In this document: piece by piece, positions 9,840-19,623 of the stretch
How positions within the stretch are numbered: the first letter of the stretch is position 1
Layout: each line of letters opens with the position of its first letter
Position numbers and translations under genes: made by a program
Assembly: GCA_964429195.1 (NCBI GenBank)
Contig: CAYSBC010000004.1
Coordinates: 1-55,512, forward strand
Length of the DNA: 55,512 bases
Reading direction: 5' to 3'
DNA from: an uncultured Eubacteriales bacterium
Lineage (GTDB): Bacteria > Bacillota > Clostridia > Peptostreptococcales > JAAYPU01
The notes under the pieces: generated by a model
Database searches by the model: none
What the model was told of the DNA's origin: nothing
The model's input: the letters and a program-made list of their open reading frames with translations, nothing else

Positions 9840-10613
9840 TTACCCTAATATATTGTACCCACAATCCACATAAAGAATTTCTCCTGTGATAGCAGAGCTC
9901 ATGGAACTCAATAAAAATACTGCCGCTTTTCCTATCTCTTCTTGATCTACCGGACGTTTTAAGGGAGCTCTTTCTGCAAAAGCTGATAGCATCTCGTTTA
10001 AATCGGAAACGCCTCTGGCTGAAGCTGTTTTTATAGGTCCTGCTGAAATGGCATTCACTCTTATATCCTCTTTCCCAAGATCTACGGCTAAGTAACGCAC
10101 ACTTGCTTCTAAAGCCGCCTTGGCAACACCCATGACATTGTAATTTTTAACTGCCTTTACACCACCATGATAGGATAGGGTTATAATGGAACCACCTTCT
10201 GTCATTAAAGGTCTAGCATACCTGGAAACAGCCACCAAGGAATAAGCACTTATATCTTGTGCCATGGCATAGCCATCTCGTGATGTGTTGACATATTCGC
10301 CTTCCAATTCTTCTCTCTTAGCATGAGCAATACAGTGTGCAACACCGTGAAGAACACCGAATTCTTCTTTAATCAAATCGAAGGTTTTCTCAATATTCTC
10401 ATCCTGAGTCACATCGCATTCAACAAATTTTACATTTTTAATATTTTCTTCTGTTGTGAGCTTTTCTAAACTCCTTAAGCTTTTATCTCCATAATAGGAG
10501 AACAGTAATTGGGCGCCATTTTGATAGGCCTGCTTTGCAATACCCCAAGCAATGCTCCATTTATTGGCTACACCCATAATCAATATATTTTTATTTTTTA
10601 ACAAATCACTCAT
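9840..10613 (-). CDS. fabI: enoyl-ACP reductase FabI
   Basis: MGVANKWSIAWGIA, YNVMGVAKAALE, NAISAGPIKT; start chosen by RBS. Confidence 0.92.
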   Translation of the reverse strand: MSDLLKNKNILIMGVANKWSIAWGIAKQAYQNGAQLLFSYYGDKSLRSLEKLTTEENIKNVKFVECDVTQDENIEKTFDLIKEEFGVLHGVAHCIAHAKREELEGEYVNTSRDGYAMAQDISAYSLVAVSRYARPLMTEGGSIITLSYHGGVKAVKNYNVMGVAKAALEASVRYLAVDLGKEDIRVNAISAGPIKTASARGVSDLNEMLSAFAERAPLKRPVDQEEIGKAAVFLLSSMSSAITGEILYVDCGYNILG

Positions 10614-10656
10614 GTGAACGACCTCCACCTCATATTAATTATTGCCTCTTGCTATT

Positions 10657-12462
10657 TTACACATATTTCTCAAACTGTTCAACTAAATTACCAAAAGTTT
10701 TCATAGCACTTTCAATAGGTTTCGTTGTTGTCATGTCTACTCCTGCTTTTTGAAGAAGATTGATCGGATAGTCCGAATCCCCTGATTTTAAGAAATCAAT
10801 ATACCTGTTCCTAGCCAAATCTCCCTCATTTAAAATCTGCTTGGAAAGCTCAATGGCTGCAGAATAGCCTGTTGCATATTTGTAGACGTAGAATGCCGAG
10901 TAAAAATGCGGTATTCTCGCCCATTCCATTTTGATTGCATCATCCAGTATGATTTCTTTACCATAGTAGAATTGATTCAACTTTCCATATTCCTCTGAAA
11001 GCCATTCATGGGTAAGGACTTCTCCTGATTCAATGGCTTCATGGGTCATCTTTTCAAATTCAGCAAACATGGTTTGTCTAAAGAGAGTTCCTCGGAATTG
11101 TTCCATAAAATAATTGAGAAGGTACATTTTTTCCCCATTGTCTTTGACATTGGCAATCATATATTCCATTAATAGCGCTTCGTTGACCGTAGAAGCTACT
11201 TCAGCAGTAAAGATAGAATGTCCCCCATAGATATAGGGTTGGGTATGCCGGGTGAAATAGGAATGCATGGAATGTCCCATCTCATGGGCTGTCGTAAAGA
11301 CATCCTTGATGGAGTCCGTATAATTGAGCATAATATAAGGGTCGCTCTCATAGGTTCCAAAAGAGTAAGCCCCGCTGGTTTTCCCTTCATTTTCATAGAC
11401 ATCTATCCATCTTCCCTCGAAGCCTTTGTTCATAATGGTTAAGTACTCATCTCCCATAGGTTTTAATGCTTTTCTTATAATCTCTACGCCCTCTTTATAA
11501 GGTATTTTCTTATCAATCTCTTTCACGATAGGTGTATAAAGGTCATAAAAGTGCAGATCATCTAGCTTCAACATCTTTTTTCTCAGCTTGACATAGCGAT
11601 GCATTAAGTTGATGTGGCTGTGAACTGTTTTAACAAGGTTTTCATAGACACTTAAAGGTATATTATCACCGTGCAAGGCTTGGGCTAATGAAGAGTCGTA
11701 TTTTCGCAGCTTAGCCCCCATAGCATCACCCTTCGTACTATAATTATAAGTTGATGCCAAAGTGTTCTTTTGCTTTTTATAGGCCGAATACAGTGCTTCA
11801 AAAGCCTCCTTACGAACTCGTCTATCTGGTGATTCCATGAAATTAATAAACTTACCGTGGGTTAATTCTATTTCTTCACCATCTTCGTCTGTGATATGAC
11901 CAAATTTGATATCCGCATTATTAATCATTCTGAAAATGCTCTCCGGAGCCGCCATCATTTCTCCAAATTGAGCTATAATGTATTCTTCTTCCTTAGATAG
12001 AATGTGAGGTTTATTTCTTAGAAGGTCCTTTATGAAAAAGTCATAGAGTCTTAAATCCTCATTTTCCTCAAGGAATGCCATCAATTTTTCTTCCGGTATC
12101 CCTAAAAGCTCCGGTGTAAAAAAGGATAACTTCATGCTAATTTCTACGGACAGAGATTGTGCTTTTTCACTCATGGCCTGATATTTCGTTACTCGATTAT
12201 CCTCGTCTTTTTTCATCCTAGCGTAGACATAAATGTTGCCAATTTTTCGAGATAATTCTTCTTTCTTTCTAAAAGCTTCCAGTAAAGTTTCACTGCTTTC
12301 ATGAAGGCGACCTGCATAGGCCTTAACACCTTCTGCCAGTTCTCTGACAATCTGAAAATCCTTCTCCCACATTGCATCCGTCTCATACATTTTGGACAAA
12401 TTCCATTTAAAACTGCTATCTATTTCTTCTCTTTGCTTTAATTTTTTAGATTCGTTAACCAT
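10657..12462 (-). CDS. pepF: oligoendopeptidase F (M3B)
   Basis: HEMGH zinc motif, FTAEVAST, HFYSAFYVYKYATG. Confidence 0.95.
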   Translation of the reverse strand: MVNESKKLKQREEIDSSFKWNLSKMYETDAMWEKDFQIVRELAEGVKAYAGRLHESSETLLEAFRKKEELSRKIGNIYVYARMKKDEDNRVTKYQAMSEKAQSLSVEISMKLSFFTPELLGIPEEKLMAFLEENEDLRLYDFFIKDLLRNKPHILSKEEEYIIAQFGEMMAAPESIFRMINNADIKFGHITDEDGEEIELTHGKFINFMESPDRRVRKEAFEALYSAYKKQKNTLASTYNYSTKGDAMGAKLRKYDSSLAQALHGDNIPLSVYENLVKTVHSHINLMHRYVKLRKKMLKLDDLHFYDLYTPIVKEIDKKIPYKEGVEIIRKALKPMGDEYLTIMNKGFEGRWIDVYENEGKTSGAYSFGTYESDPYIMLNYTDSIKDVFTTAHEMGHSMHSYFTRHTQPYIYGGHSIFTAEVASTVNEALLMEYMIANVKDNGEKMYLLNYFMEQFRGTLFRQTMFAEFEKMTHEAIESGEVLTHEWLSEEYGKLNQFYYGKEIILDDAIKMEWARIPHFYSAFYVYKYATGYSAAIELSKQILNEGDLARNRYIDFLKSGDSDYPINLLQKAGVDMTTTKPIESAMKTFGNLVEQFEKYV

Positions 12463-12570
12463 TATTTCCTCCTACCTTTATTTTTATCTTCTATTCAATA
12501 GTATTTACATTTACCTTCTATTTAATTAATATATATTGTATAACAACAGATTAATAAATACTACATATAA

Positions 12571-12652
12571 GCAGTAGAAATCTACAAATCAAAGATTTGT
12601 GATTTCCTTGCATCAGTTCGCCATCAATTTGTTACACAAATTGGGGCGAGCT
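12571..12652. repeat. two-hairpin REP/MITE-like element, full copy 2
   Basis: GCAGTAGAAATCTACAAATC-AAA-GATTTGTGATTTC...TCGCCATCAATTTG-TTACA-CAAATTG-GGGCGAGCT. Confidence 0.85.
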
Positions 12653-12671
12653 AAGAAATGGAGATGACTTA

Positions 12672-13475
12672 ATGGACAATAGACCCATTGGCTTTTTTGA
12701 TTCGGGATTAGGCGGTTTAACATGTGTAATGCAGTTTATTAAAACCTTTCCACATGAAAAAATAATTTATTTTGGAGATACAGCAAGAACTCCTTATGGG
12801 TCCAAGGCTGTTTCCACCATTGAACGCTTTTCTTTTGAAATAGCTGATTTTTTAATGAGCAAAGATGTCAAAATGCTTGTTATTGCCTGCAACACGATTA
12901 CCTCTACTTGTCTTGATGCCTTGAGAGAAAAATACGCTCACATACCTATCATAGGCATCATTGATCCGGCCGCAAAAAAGGTAGCAGAGACATGTACAAA
13001 GGATAATAGAATAGGGATTATTGGTACAAAGGTGACGATTGAGCATAAGTCCTATATCAAGTCCATACATTCTTATTGCAAGGATTTGAACCTTTATGAC
13101 AAAGCATGTCCCATTTTTGTCCCTTTAATCGAGGAAGGTATTATCGACAATGACATTATGAATTTATCCATAAAGCATTATTTGGATGATTTTACAGAAG
13201 AAAATAAGCTGGATACGCTTGTTTTGGGTTGCACTCATTATCCTCTTATCATGGAAAATATCCGGCGCCTTTATCCCCAAATGCATGTTATCAACCCTTC
13301 AGAGGAAATTGTATCCAGTATCGGCAATACCTTATTATCCATGGATATTCTTTCAGCACAGACGGATTTAGAAAATGAATTTTATGCAAGTGACCTTTCG
13401 GAAAATTTTATTGAGATGATCAGAACAATTTCAAAAAATTCTCTTATTGGCTTTAAGAGCTTTGAAATAGAATAA
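12672..13475 (+). CDS. murI: glutamate racemase
   Basis: FDSGLGG, ACNT and LGCTHY catalytic Cys motifs. Confidence 0.96.
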   Translation: MDNRPIGFFDSGLGGLTCVMQFIKTFPHEKIIYFGDTARTPYGSKAVSTIERFSFEIADFLMSKDVKMLVIACNTITSTCLDALREKYAHIPIIGIIDPAAKKVAETCTKDNRIGIIGTKVTIEHKSYIKSIHSYCKDLNLYDKACPIFVPLIEEGIIDNDIMNLSIKHYLDDFTEENKLDTLVLGCTHYPLIMENIRRLYPQMHVINPSEEIVSSIGNTLLSMDILSAQTDLENEFYASDLSENFIEMIRTISKNSLIGFKSFEIE

Positions 13476-13490
13476 AAAGCTCCTAAGAAA

Positions 13491-13527
13491 AAGGATGCCC
13501 CTTCAATGATAGTTATCGGGCATCCTT
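13491..13527. terminator. bidirectional terminator
   Basis: AAGGATGCCC/GGGCATCCTT between convergent genes. Confidence 0.65.
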
Positions 13528-13546
13528 ACTTTCATTTATTTTGTTT

Positions 13547-14176
13547 TTAATGCAAATAATAATTTTGATTGGAACCTATAGGAACCCCTTCAAAGAAATC
13601 TTTAGAGTTTTTTAAATCGCCGCCTAAATAAGGGGTGTCGCCAAAATCGATTCCATATCGAATCAAGTCTCGCAAATCCTTCAATAGCTTCTCAGGACTA
13701 TCTGAAATTAAGCGAAATTTCATTCTTTTGGCCTTGGCCCCATCCTTATTTTTAAGGAGCATGGTGATGGCTGCGTGAACACTGATCTCATGATGGTTGA
13801 TTCCATCTGTATAATTGACCCTCGAATCAAGCATTAACCATTTGGAAAAGGATTTTAATTCTTTAGCCAGTTCCAATCTGCTCTCATGGGTATTCTTCTC
13901 TAATAATTCCATAATATAAGAGTTGCTATCCACTAAGGCTACCATAATAGAAGGGTCATAATCGATAATCGTATCAATGCACTCATTAAAATATTCCTCA
14001 ACAAGTAATTCAATGTTTTCAATGGATAAGACAATATCCCGAACATCCTCATCTTCTAAACAGTACATATACGATATTAAATTAAAAAATTGCTCTTTTG
14101 TCCTTATTTCTCCATAGCCTGTAACACCTAAAACTTCCTTAAGCTCTTCAATAATTTTATTATCCATTATTCTCAC
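13547..14176 (-). CDS. hypothetical protein (paralogue of 14242-14898)
   Basis: 209-aa ORF with RBS GAGAGGAG. Confidence 0.7.
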   Translation of the reverse strand: MRIMDNKIIEELKEVLGVTGYGEIRTKEQFFNLISYMYCLEDEDVRDIVLSIENIELLVEEYFNECIDTIIDYDPSIMVALVDSNSYIMELLEKNTHESRLELAKELKSFSKWLMLDSRVNYTDGINHHEISVHAAITMLLKNKDGAKAKRMKFRLISDSPEKLLKDLRDLIRYGIDFGDTPYLGGDLKNSKDFFEGVPIGSNQNYYLH

Positions 14177-14241
14177 TCCTCTCTTACCAAGTTCACAGTA
14201 TTAACAAATATCTCACGTCATGGAGTCGCTTTATATCCTTA

Positions 14242-14898
14242 TTATATTTCATCTATAACCGGGTTATCTAAATCAATCAATCCTTGGCTATATTCGTAAT
14301 CATCATCTCTTTCTATATCGTCAAAATCATATGCATCCAATTCCTCTTCCTGATCGTCAAAATCAATATCGTAATCATCGATAGGATAATCTAAAGCATC
14401 CGGATAGATACATTCAAAAGACCCTGATTTTAAATTTTCCAATCGCGTTAACAATAAGCTATCATAGATACTGATGTAGGATTTTGTTTTACTAACCAAG
14501 TCGGTACAAAGCACTAGCTCATTGGCCATAATCCAGGTTTGAAATCTTAGGAGCTCATAGGCTAGAATATCTAAATATTTTTTATCTTTTCCTATGGATG
14601 AAGCTATGCCTAGCAACAAATATTTCACTGTAGAAAATATTTTATACAAATCAATATTATCATTTGCAATACCTGTCATCAAATCCTCAAAATGAAACTC
14701 CAAATATTCTTTAATCTCTCTTAAGCCTTTCGTAAGGAAAATTTCAATTAAAATAGCTTCATTGATAATCTTGTAATTTTCCATAATGGTAGAAAATTGA
14801 TCATAGTACTCAACCTGAGGCCAATCATCAATCTCTAATTCTTTCAGCAATTTATTTTCTTCTAAATTTTTTTCTTTACTTGCCATCCATAACTCCAT
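14242..14898 (-). CDS. hypothetical protein with acidic C-terminal tail
   Basis: 218-aa ORF with a D/E-rich tail. Confidence 0.7.
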   Translation of the reverse strand: MELWMASKEKNLEENKLLKELEIDDWPQVEYYDQFSTIMENYKIINEAILIEIFLTKGLREIKEYLEFHFEDLMTGIANDNIDLYKIFSTVKYLLLGIASSIGKDKKYLDILAYELLRFQTWIMANELVLCTDLVSKTKSYISIYDSLLLTRLENLKSGSFECIYPDALDYPIDDYDIDFDDQEEELDAYDFDDIERDDDYEYSQGLIDLDNPVIDEI

Positions 14899-14979
14899 TT
14901 TTTAAATAAATTCTTTACTAGTAACCTTCTTGCTTTTATTTTATCTTACCCTCTATAATAATCAAGCCCTTTTATTTAA

Positions 14980-15010
14980 AAAAATCACAAATCAAAGATT
15001 TGTGATTTTT
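14980..15010. repeat. REP-like hairpin-only copy 3, just downstream of the RNR stop
   Basis: AAAAATCACAAATC-AAA-GATTTGTGATTTTT perfect palindrome. Confidence 0.8.
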
Positions 15011-15032
15011 AGCAGATTTATCCCGTTGCAGA

Positions 15033-17384
15033 CTATCTTACAGGACAAATTCCACCTTCGCATCCATCATTACCAATATCAAATTGAATTTCTTCTTTTT
15101 CATATTTGCCTATTAAAGATGGAATAAAAGGCCGCATTTCGTCTTTTCGCTTCAAGTATTCTTCCTTTGTTATTTCTTCAAATGGCAATAATTCATAAAA
15201 ACTATCATCATAGGAAAGGAAAGATAAGGCAACACAATCATCCCAATTATCCCATACCCATTCCTCTACAGCTTCCCATTCCGAATCCCTTACATGGACG
15301 GTAATGGAGCAATTGTGATCCACATAGCTTTTCATAAACATCTTATAGATTTCAAGCTGTTCAATGGCAGATACATCACTTTTAGTCCTTCCCTCAGGGA
15401 CACGGACAGGGAATTCTACAACCTTGGTTGAACAGGTTTCTTTATCCTGTCCTACTTCCGGCAATACAGAATAACCTAATTCTTCGCAGACCTTCACCAA
15501 AGGATCATCACTGCTTATTCTTATTCTTCTTATGAAATAAGGTGCATGAGAAAAATGTACTCCGCTTGAAACGACAGGAAGTAAACTTAAGGTTCCCTCC
15601 GGCTTCACAGTGGTGATAAGCAAAGGTTTTTCTTGCCCTAATTCTGTTGCGTACTCATCAGCCGCTTGTCTCGCCGTTTCACGAAGTTGCTTTAATAAAG
15701 CTGCCTGATCCTCCATGGACAACTGGGTAGCATTGACCATATCCTGCCAACCGGTTAAAGAGCATCCAAGTAATTTATCTCTTTGCTGAACTGCATCCCA
15801 CTCCGGTATTTCAAGCTCTGTACAGGTCATCCTGTAACCTGCCCTGGCTGACAACCTTTGGGCACCAAGAAGTCCTATCCTATCCAACTCGCCCTTGCTG
15901 TCAACAAAGGCCATCACATTCACTGTTGTCAGGTTGCAAAGACCTTTAGAGTCTAACAGGATTTCTGCGCAGGGATTAACGCCTTTGAAATTCGGTCTCC
16001 TCTTAGCACCTGCTTCCTCATTGACCCAACCGGGTTCTCCCGAATATCGCATTTGCTGAATATGCCAATGGAGTTGTTCCCTTGTAGGCTTATTTCTATA
16101 AAAGATGGAGTTATTGCTCATTTGTCTGTGAGCTATATCTTGATCAATGACCCAACTTTCATTTACTTTTTTATAAAGTTCGGATTTAGCTTGTATGGTT
16201 TCCTTATCATCTGCATCGAGTAGAAGAATTTCTGCTGTTCTTCTAACTCCGCCCACCACTACATTTTCACCAATGATGTTGGCTATGTCTAAGCAATCGA
16301 TGGGTCGAAGCTTTATTTTCTCTTGGCTTCCAAGCTTTTTAGCCTTTCGGATGACTTTATCTATTTTCAGAAACATATTCTTCATACTGGCATGTCCACT
16401 GGCTGTTCCACCAAAAGTCTTTAACTTTTCTCCTTTGGGCCTAACATTGTCATAATTCAATATGACCGTGTTGATTTTTCGATATTCATTGCTGAAAATA
16501 ATTTTAAAATAATAATCCAAGGATTGAACCCAACCCTCTTTACTATCTCCTATAATGATTTTAACCGTATCATTATGTGAAAATTCTAAGGATGTATTTT
16601 CTTTTCTCTTTTCCATTTCTATCGGTGTATAAAATTCATGAATCATCTCCACATTGGTTCTAACCTTAGGTAATTTCTTGACATCTTCCTTAAGAATACG
16701 AATACCTACCCCTGAACCGACCATAAGAAGATAAAAAATATCCCTAAAAGCTGAAAAACTATCGATAACCTGAAAAGAACAGTTATAATTGGCCATAGGA
16801 TAATGCTTCGCTACATCCGTACTCCCTACCCACAAAGTCCTCCCAGATAAAAACTGCTTCATTTCATAGACATTGTGATAGAGCTTTTCCGCCTCAGATT
16901 TCGAAGTCGGTACTAAACTGCAATTATATTCTACGGCTCTTCTGACAGTTTCCCACCAATATTCTCTTCTCTTTTCCTCAGAAATCCACCTGGAATAAGT
17001 ACGATAATATACAAAATCCCCCAGCTGGCTCATAGGTGAAGATCGATGTTTGTACTTGCTTATGAAATCATCCGCAATAACCCTTCCGTCTCTTCTTTTT
17101 CTTGCATCTCTCGTTTTATCCCTTTCATACCTGTAAATAATAAATTTTTTCGCCACATCTGTTCTCTCATTGGACATTAAACAATCTTCTGCAATGTCTT
17201 GTATTTCTTCAACTTCAATTTGATTGCCTGCTTTATGTATTTTTTCACTAATCTGGGCCAATACTTTATCAATATACGCATTGTCCACACCTAATTTTGT
17301 TTCCTTCATCGCATTTCTTATAGCATTCTTAATTTTATCCTCATTAAATCCAACTAAAGTCCCATCTCTTTTAATTACTTTCAA
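15033..17384 (-). CDS. nrdJ: class II adenosylcobalamin-dependent ribonucleoside-triphosphate reductase with N-terminal ATP cone
   Basis: KVIKRDG ATP cone, YYRTYSR, NVVVGGVRR, NPCAEI, TVKPEGT, C-terminal CEGGICPVR; AAGGAG + TTG at 17384 (the track start 17486 is the -35 box). Confidence 0.92.
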   Translation of the reverse strand: MKVIKRDGTLVGFNEDKIKNAIRNAMKETKLGVDNAYIDKVLAQISEKIHKAGNQIEVEEIQDIAEDCLMSNERTDVAKKFIIYRYERDKTRDARKRRDGRVIADDFISKYKHRSSPMSQLGDFVYYRTYSRWISEEKRREYWWETVRRAVEYNCSLVPTSKSEAEKLYHNVYEMKQFLSGRTLWVGSTDVAKHYPMANYNCSFQVIDSFSAFRDIFYLLMVGSGVGIRILKEDVKKLPKVRTNVEMIHEFYTPIEMEKRKENTSLEFSHNDTVKIIIGDSKEGWVQSLDYYFKIIFSNEYRKINTVILNYDNVRPKGEKLKTFGGTASGHASMKNMFLKIDKVIRKAKKLGSQEKIKLRPIDCLDIANIIGENVVVGGVRRTAEILLLDADDKETIQAKSELYKKVNESWVIDQDIAHRQMSNNSIFYRNKPTREQLHWHIQQMRYSGEPGWVNEEAGAKRRPNFKGVNPCAEILLDSKGLCNLTTVNVMAFVDSKGELDRIGLLGAQRLSARAGYRMTCTELEIPEWDAVQQRDKLLGCSLTGWQDMVNATQLSMEDQAALLKQLRETARQAADEYATELGQEKPLLITTVKPEGTLSLLPVVSSGVHFSHAPYFIRRIRISSDDPLVKVCEELGYSVLPEVGQDKETCSTKVVEFPVRVPEGRTKSDVSAIEQLEIYKMFMKSYVDHNCSITVHVRDSEWEAVEEWVWDNWDDCVALSFLSYDDSFYELLPFEEITKEEYLKRKDEMRPFIPSLIGKYEKEEIQFDIGNDGCEGGICPVR

Positions 17385-17404
17385 GGTTTTCTCCTTTCCA
17401 TACA

Positions 17405-17450
17405 CGTCAACATATGGGGTATCTTTTTTACAATCTACTACATCTAGTAT
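17405..17450 (-). promoter_or_regulatory. tandem NrdR boxes
   Basis: ATACTAGATGTAGTAG (17435-17450) and ACCCCATATGTTGACG (17405-17420) against consensus acaCwAtATaTwGtgt, 30 bp apart. Confidence 0.75.
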
Positions 17451-17456
17451 ATTTTG

Positions 17457-17486
17457 ATTGTACATCCCTTCTAATAGAGCTGTCAA
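17457..17486 (-). promoter_or_regulatory. sigma-A promoter of nrdJ
   Basis: TTGACA-18-TACAAT. Confidence 0.65.
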
Positions 17487-17569
17487 GGCATAGTTCCAAT
17501 GTCAGGAATCTTTTTGCCTGCAAAATTGCTCTTATGCAAAAAGAATACATTTTTTATAGGTCAATCTTA

Positions 17570-17629
17570 TTGACTTTAAAAAGCAGGTTGACTAGAATAA
17601 ATTGTATACAAAAATAAAATTGAATACAA
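17570..17629 (+). promoter_or_regulatory. sigma-A promoter with GntR/FadR-type operators
   Basis: TTGACT-17-TAGAAT followed by TTGTATACAA (17602-17611) and TTGAATACAA (17620-17629). Confidence 0.65.
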
Positions 17630-17694
17630 TTGGATATATTTTAATGCCTATTTTATGCATTAAAATCAATCAATAAATGAGGGAGGAACTCTTG

Positions 17695-19608
17695 ATGGGA
17701 AAAAATTTAGCTTATAAAATACTGGAAAATCACTTAGTACAAGGTACTTTAGAACCCGGTACCGAGATTACCATAAAAATCGATCAAACACTTACACAGG
17801 ACTCAACAGGTACCATGGTCTATTTGCAATTAGAAGCTATGGGTGTTGATAAAATTAAAACTGAATTATCTGTAGCCTATATCGATCATAATACTTTGCA
17901 ATCAGGTTTTGAAAATGCGGATGACCATGCATTTATCAAAAGTGTTGCCCAAAGACATGGTGTGGTCTATTCAAAGCCGGGCAATGGAATATGCCATCAG
18001 TTGCACTTAGAAAACTATGGTATACCAGGAAAAACCCTTTTAGGTTCAGATAGCCATACCCCTACCGGCGGCGGTCTGGGCATGATTGCTATAGGTGCCG
18101 GAGGATTGGACGTAGCCGTTGCTATGGCCAAGGGAACCTATAGTCTTACTGTTCCAAAGGTCATCAATGTCAAGCTTACAGGAGAACTCAAGCCTTGGGT
18201 ATCTGCAAAGGATGTTATCCTCCATGTTTTGCAGAAATTAACGGTGAAGGGTGGCGTCAATAAAATAGTTGAATATACCGGTGAAGGCGTTAAAACCCTT
18301 TCGGTTACAGACAGAGCTACCATTACCAATATGGGTGCTGAATTAGGGGCAACCACATCCATTTTTCCAAGTGACGAAAATACAGAAGAATATTTAAGAC
18401 TTCAAGGAAGACCGGATGATTTTGTAGCCTTATCGGCTGATGCAGATGCTACCTACGATGAGGTTCTTGAGGTCAATTTATCCGAATTGGAGCCTTTAGC
18501 TGCAAAACCTCATAGCCCTGATAACGTGGATACGGTGAAAAATATAGGTCCCATAAAAATTGATCAGGTAGCTATCGGAAGCTGTACCAATTCTTCTTAT
18601 ACAGACTTGATGAAGGTAGCCTTAATCTTAAAAGGTAAAAAAGTCCATCCGGATGTGAGTTTAGTTATCTCTCCCGGCTCAAGCAGAATCACGAGTAAAA
18701 TGGCTGAAAATGGCGCATTAATGGCTCTTATTAATTCTGGGGCCAGAATTATAGAAAATGCATGCGGTCCGTGTATCGGTATGGGTCAATCACCAAAATC
18801 TGGTGCTGTTTCCCTAAGAACATTTAATCGAAACTTCAAGGGACGAAGTGGTACCCAAGATGCCGACGTTTATTTAGTAAGCCCTGAAACAGCAGCTCTT
18901 TCTGCCATTGCGGGTGTATTAACCAATGATGCTGAGGGGTCCTTACCACCGATAGAAAGTGTGGAATTTACACCTAACGATAACTTCATCATCTATCCTG
19001 ATGAGCGTGAAAAGAATGAAATCCCTGTGGAAATGGGTCCTAATATCAAGCCATTCCCATTAAACAAAGCTTTGGAGGATACCCTGGGTGGTAAAGTTAT
19101 GCTTAAAACGGGGAATAATATAACAACGGATGACATCATGCCATCCAATGCCAAATTACTTCCTTACCGCTCCAATGTTCCTCACCTTGCAAAATTCTGC
19201 TTTGAAGGAATTGATCCGGAATTCCCGGCAAGATGTGAAGAAAACAATGGAGGCATCATTATCGGAGGGGAAAACTATGGACAAGGCTCAAGCCGCGAGC
19301 ACGCTGCCCTTGCACCCTTACAATTAGGTATAAAATTCATCGTTACAAAATCCTTCGCTAGAATTCACAGGTCCAATCTCATCAATAGCGGGATTATACC
19401 TTTGACCTTTGTCCATGAAAGTGATTATGATCGCATTGAACTTTACGATGAATTATGGATTGAAAATGTTATCGAATCCATAAAACAAGACACAATTACC
19501 CTTCAAAATAAAACAAAAAATGAAAGCTACCAGGTCAAAGCTGATTTATCTGAGCTTGAACTGGCCATGATACTAGCAGGTGGACAAATCAATTATTTGA
19601 GATCTTAA
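17695..19608 (+). CDS. aconitate hydratase (single-chain clostridial type)
   Basis: DHN, GICHQ, DSHT, IGSCTN and CGPCIG Fe-S ligands, NFKGR, GSSREHA swivel domain. Confidence 0.92.
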   Translation: MGKNLAYKILENHLVQGTLEPGTEITIKIDQTLTQDSTGTMVYLQLEAMGVDKIKTELSVAYIDHNTLQSGFENADDHAFIKSVAQRHGVVYSKPGNGICHQLHLENYGIPGKTLLGSDSHTPTGGGLGMIAIGAGGLDVAVAMAKGTYSLTVPKVINVKLTGELKPWVSAKDVILHVLQKLTVKGGVNKIVEYTGEGVKTLSVTDRATITNMGAELGATTSIFPSDENTEEYLRLQGRPDDFVALSADADATYDEVLEVNLSELEPLAAKPHSPDNVDTVKNIGPIKIDQVAIGSCTNSSYTDLMKVALILKGKKVHPDVSLVISPGSSRITSKMAENGALMALINSGARIIENACGPCIGMGQSPKSGAVSLRTFNRNFKGRSGTQDADVYLVSPETAALSAIAGVLTNDAEGSLPPIESVEFTPNDNFIIYPDEREKNEIPVEMGPNIKPFPLNKALEDTLGGKVMLKTGNNITTDDIMPSNAKLLPYRSNVPHLAKFCFEGIDPEFPARCEENNGGIIIGGENYGQGSSREHAALAPLQLGIKFIVTKSFARIHRSNLINSGIIPLTFVHESDYDRIELYDELWIENVIESIKQDTITLQNKTKNESYQVKADLSELELAMILAGGQINYLRS

Positions 19609-19623
19609 GAAAAGGAGATAAGA

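Noticed and set aside
17385-17486. N-terminal extension of NrdJ and a cobalamin riboswitch
   Set aside because: The region is occupied by the promoter and NrdR boxes; the track's start codon is the -35 TTG
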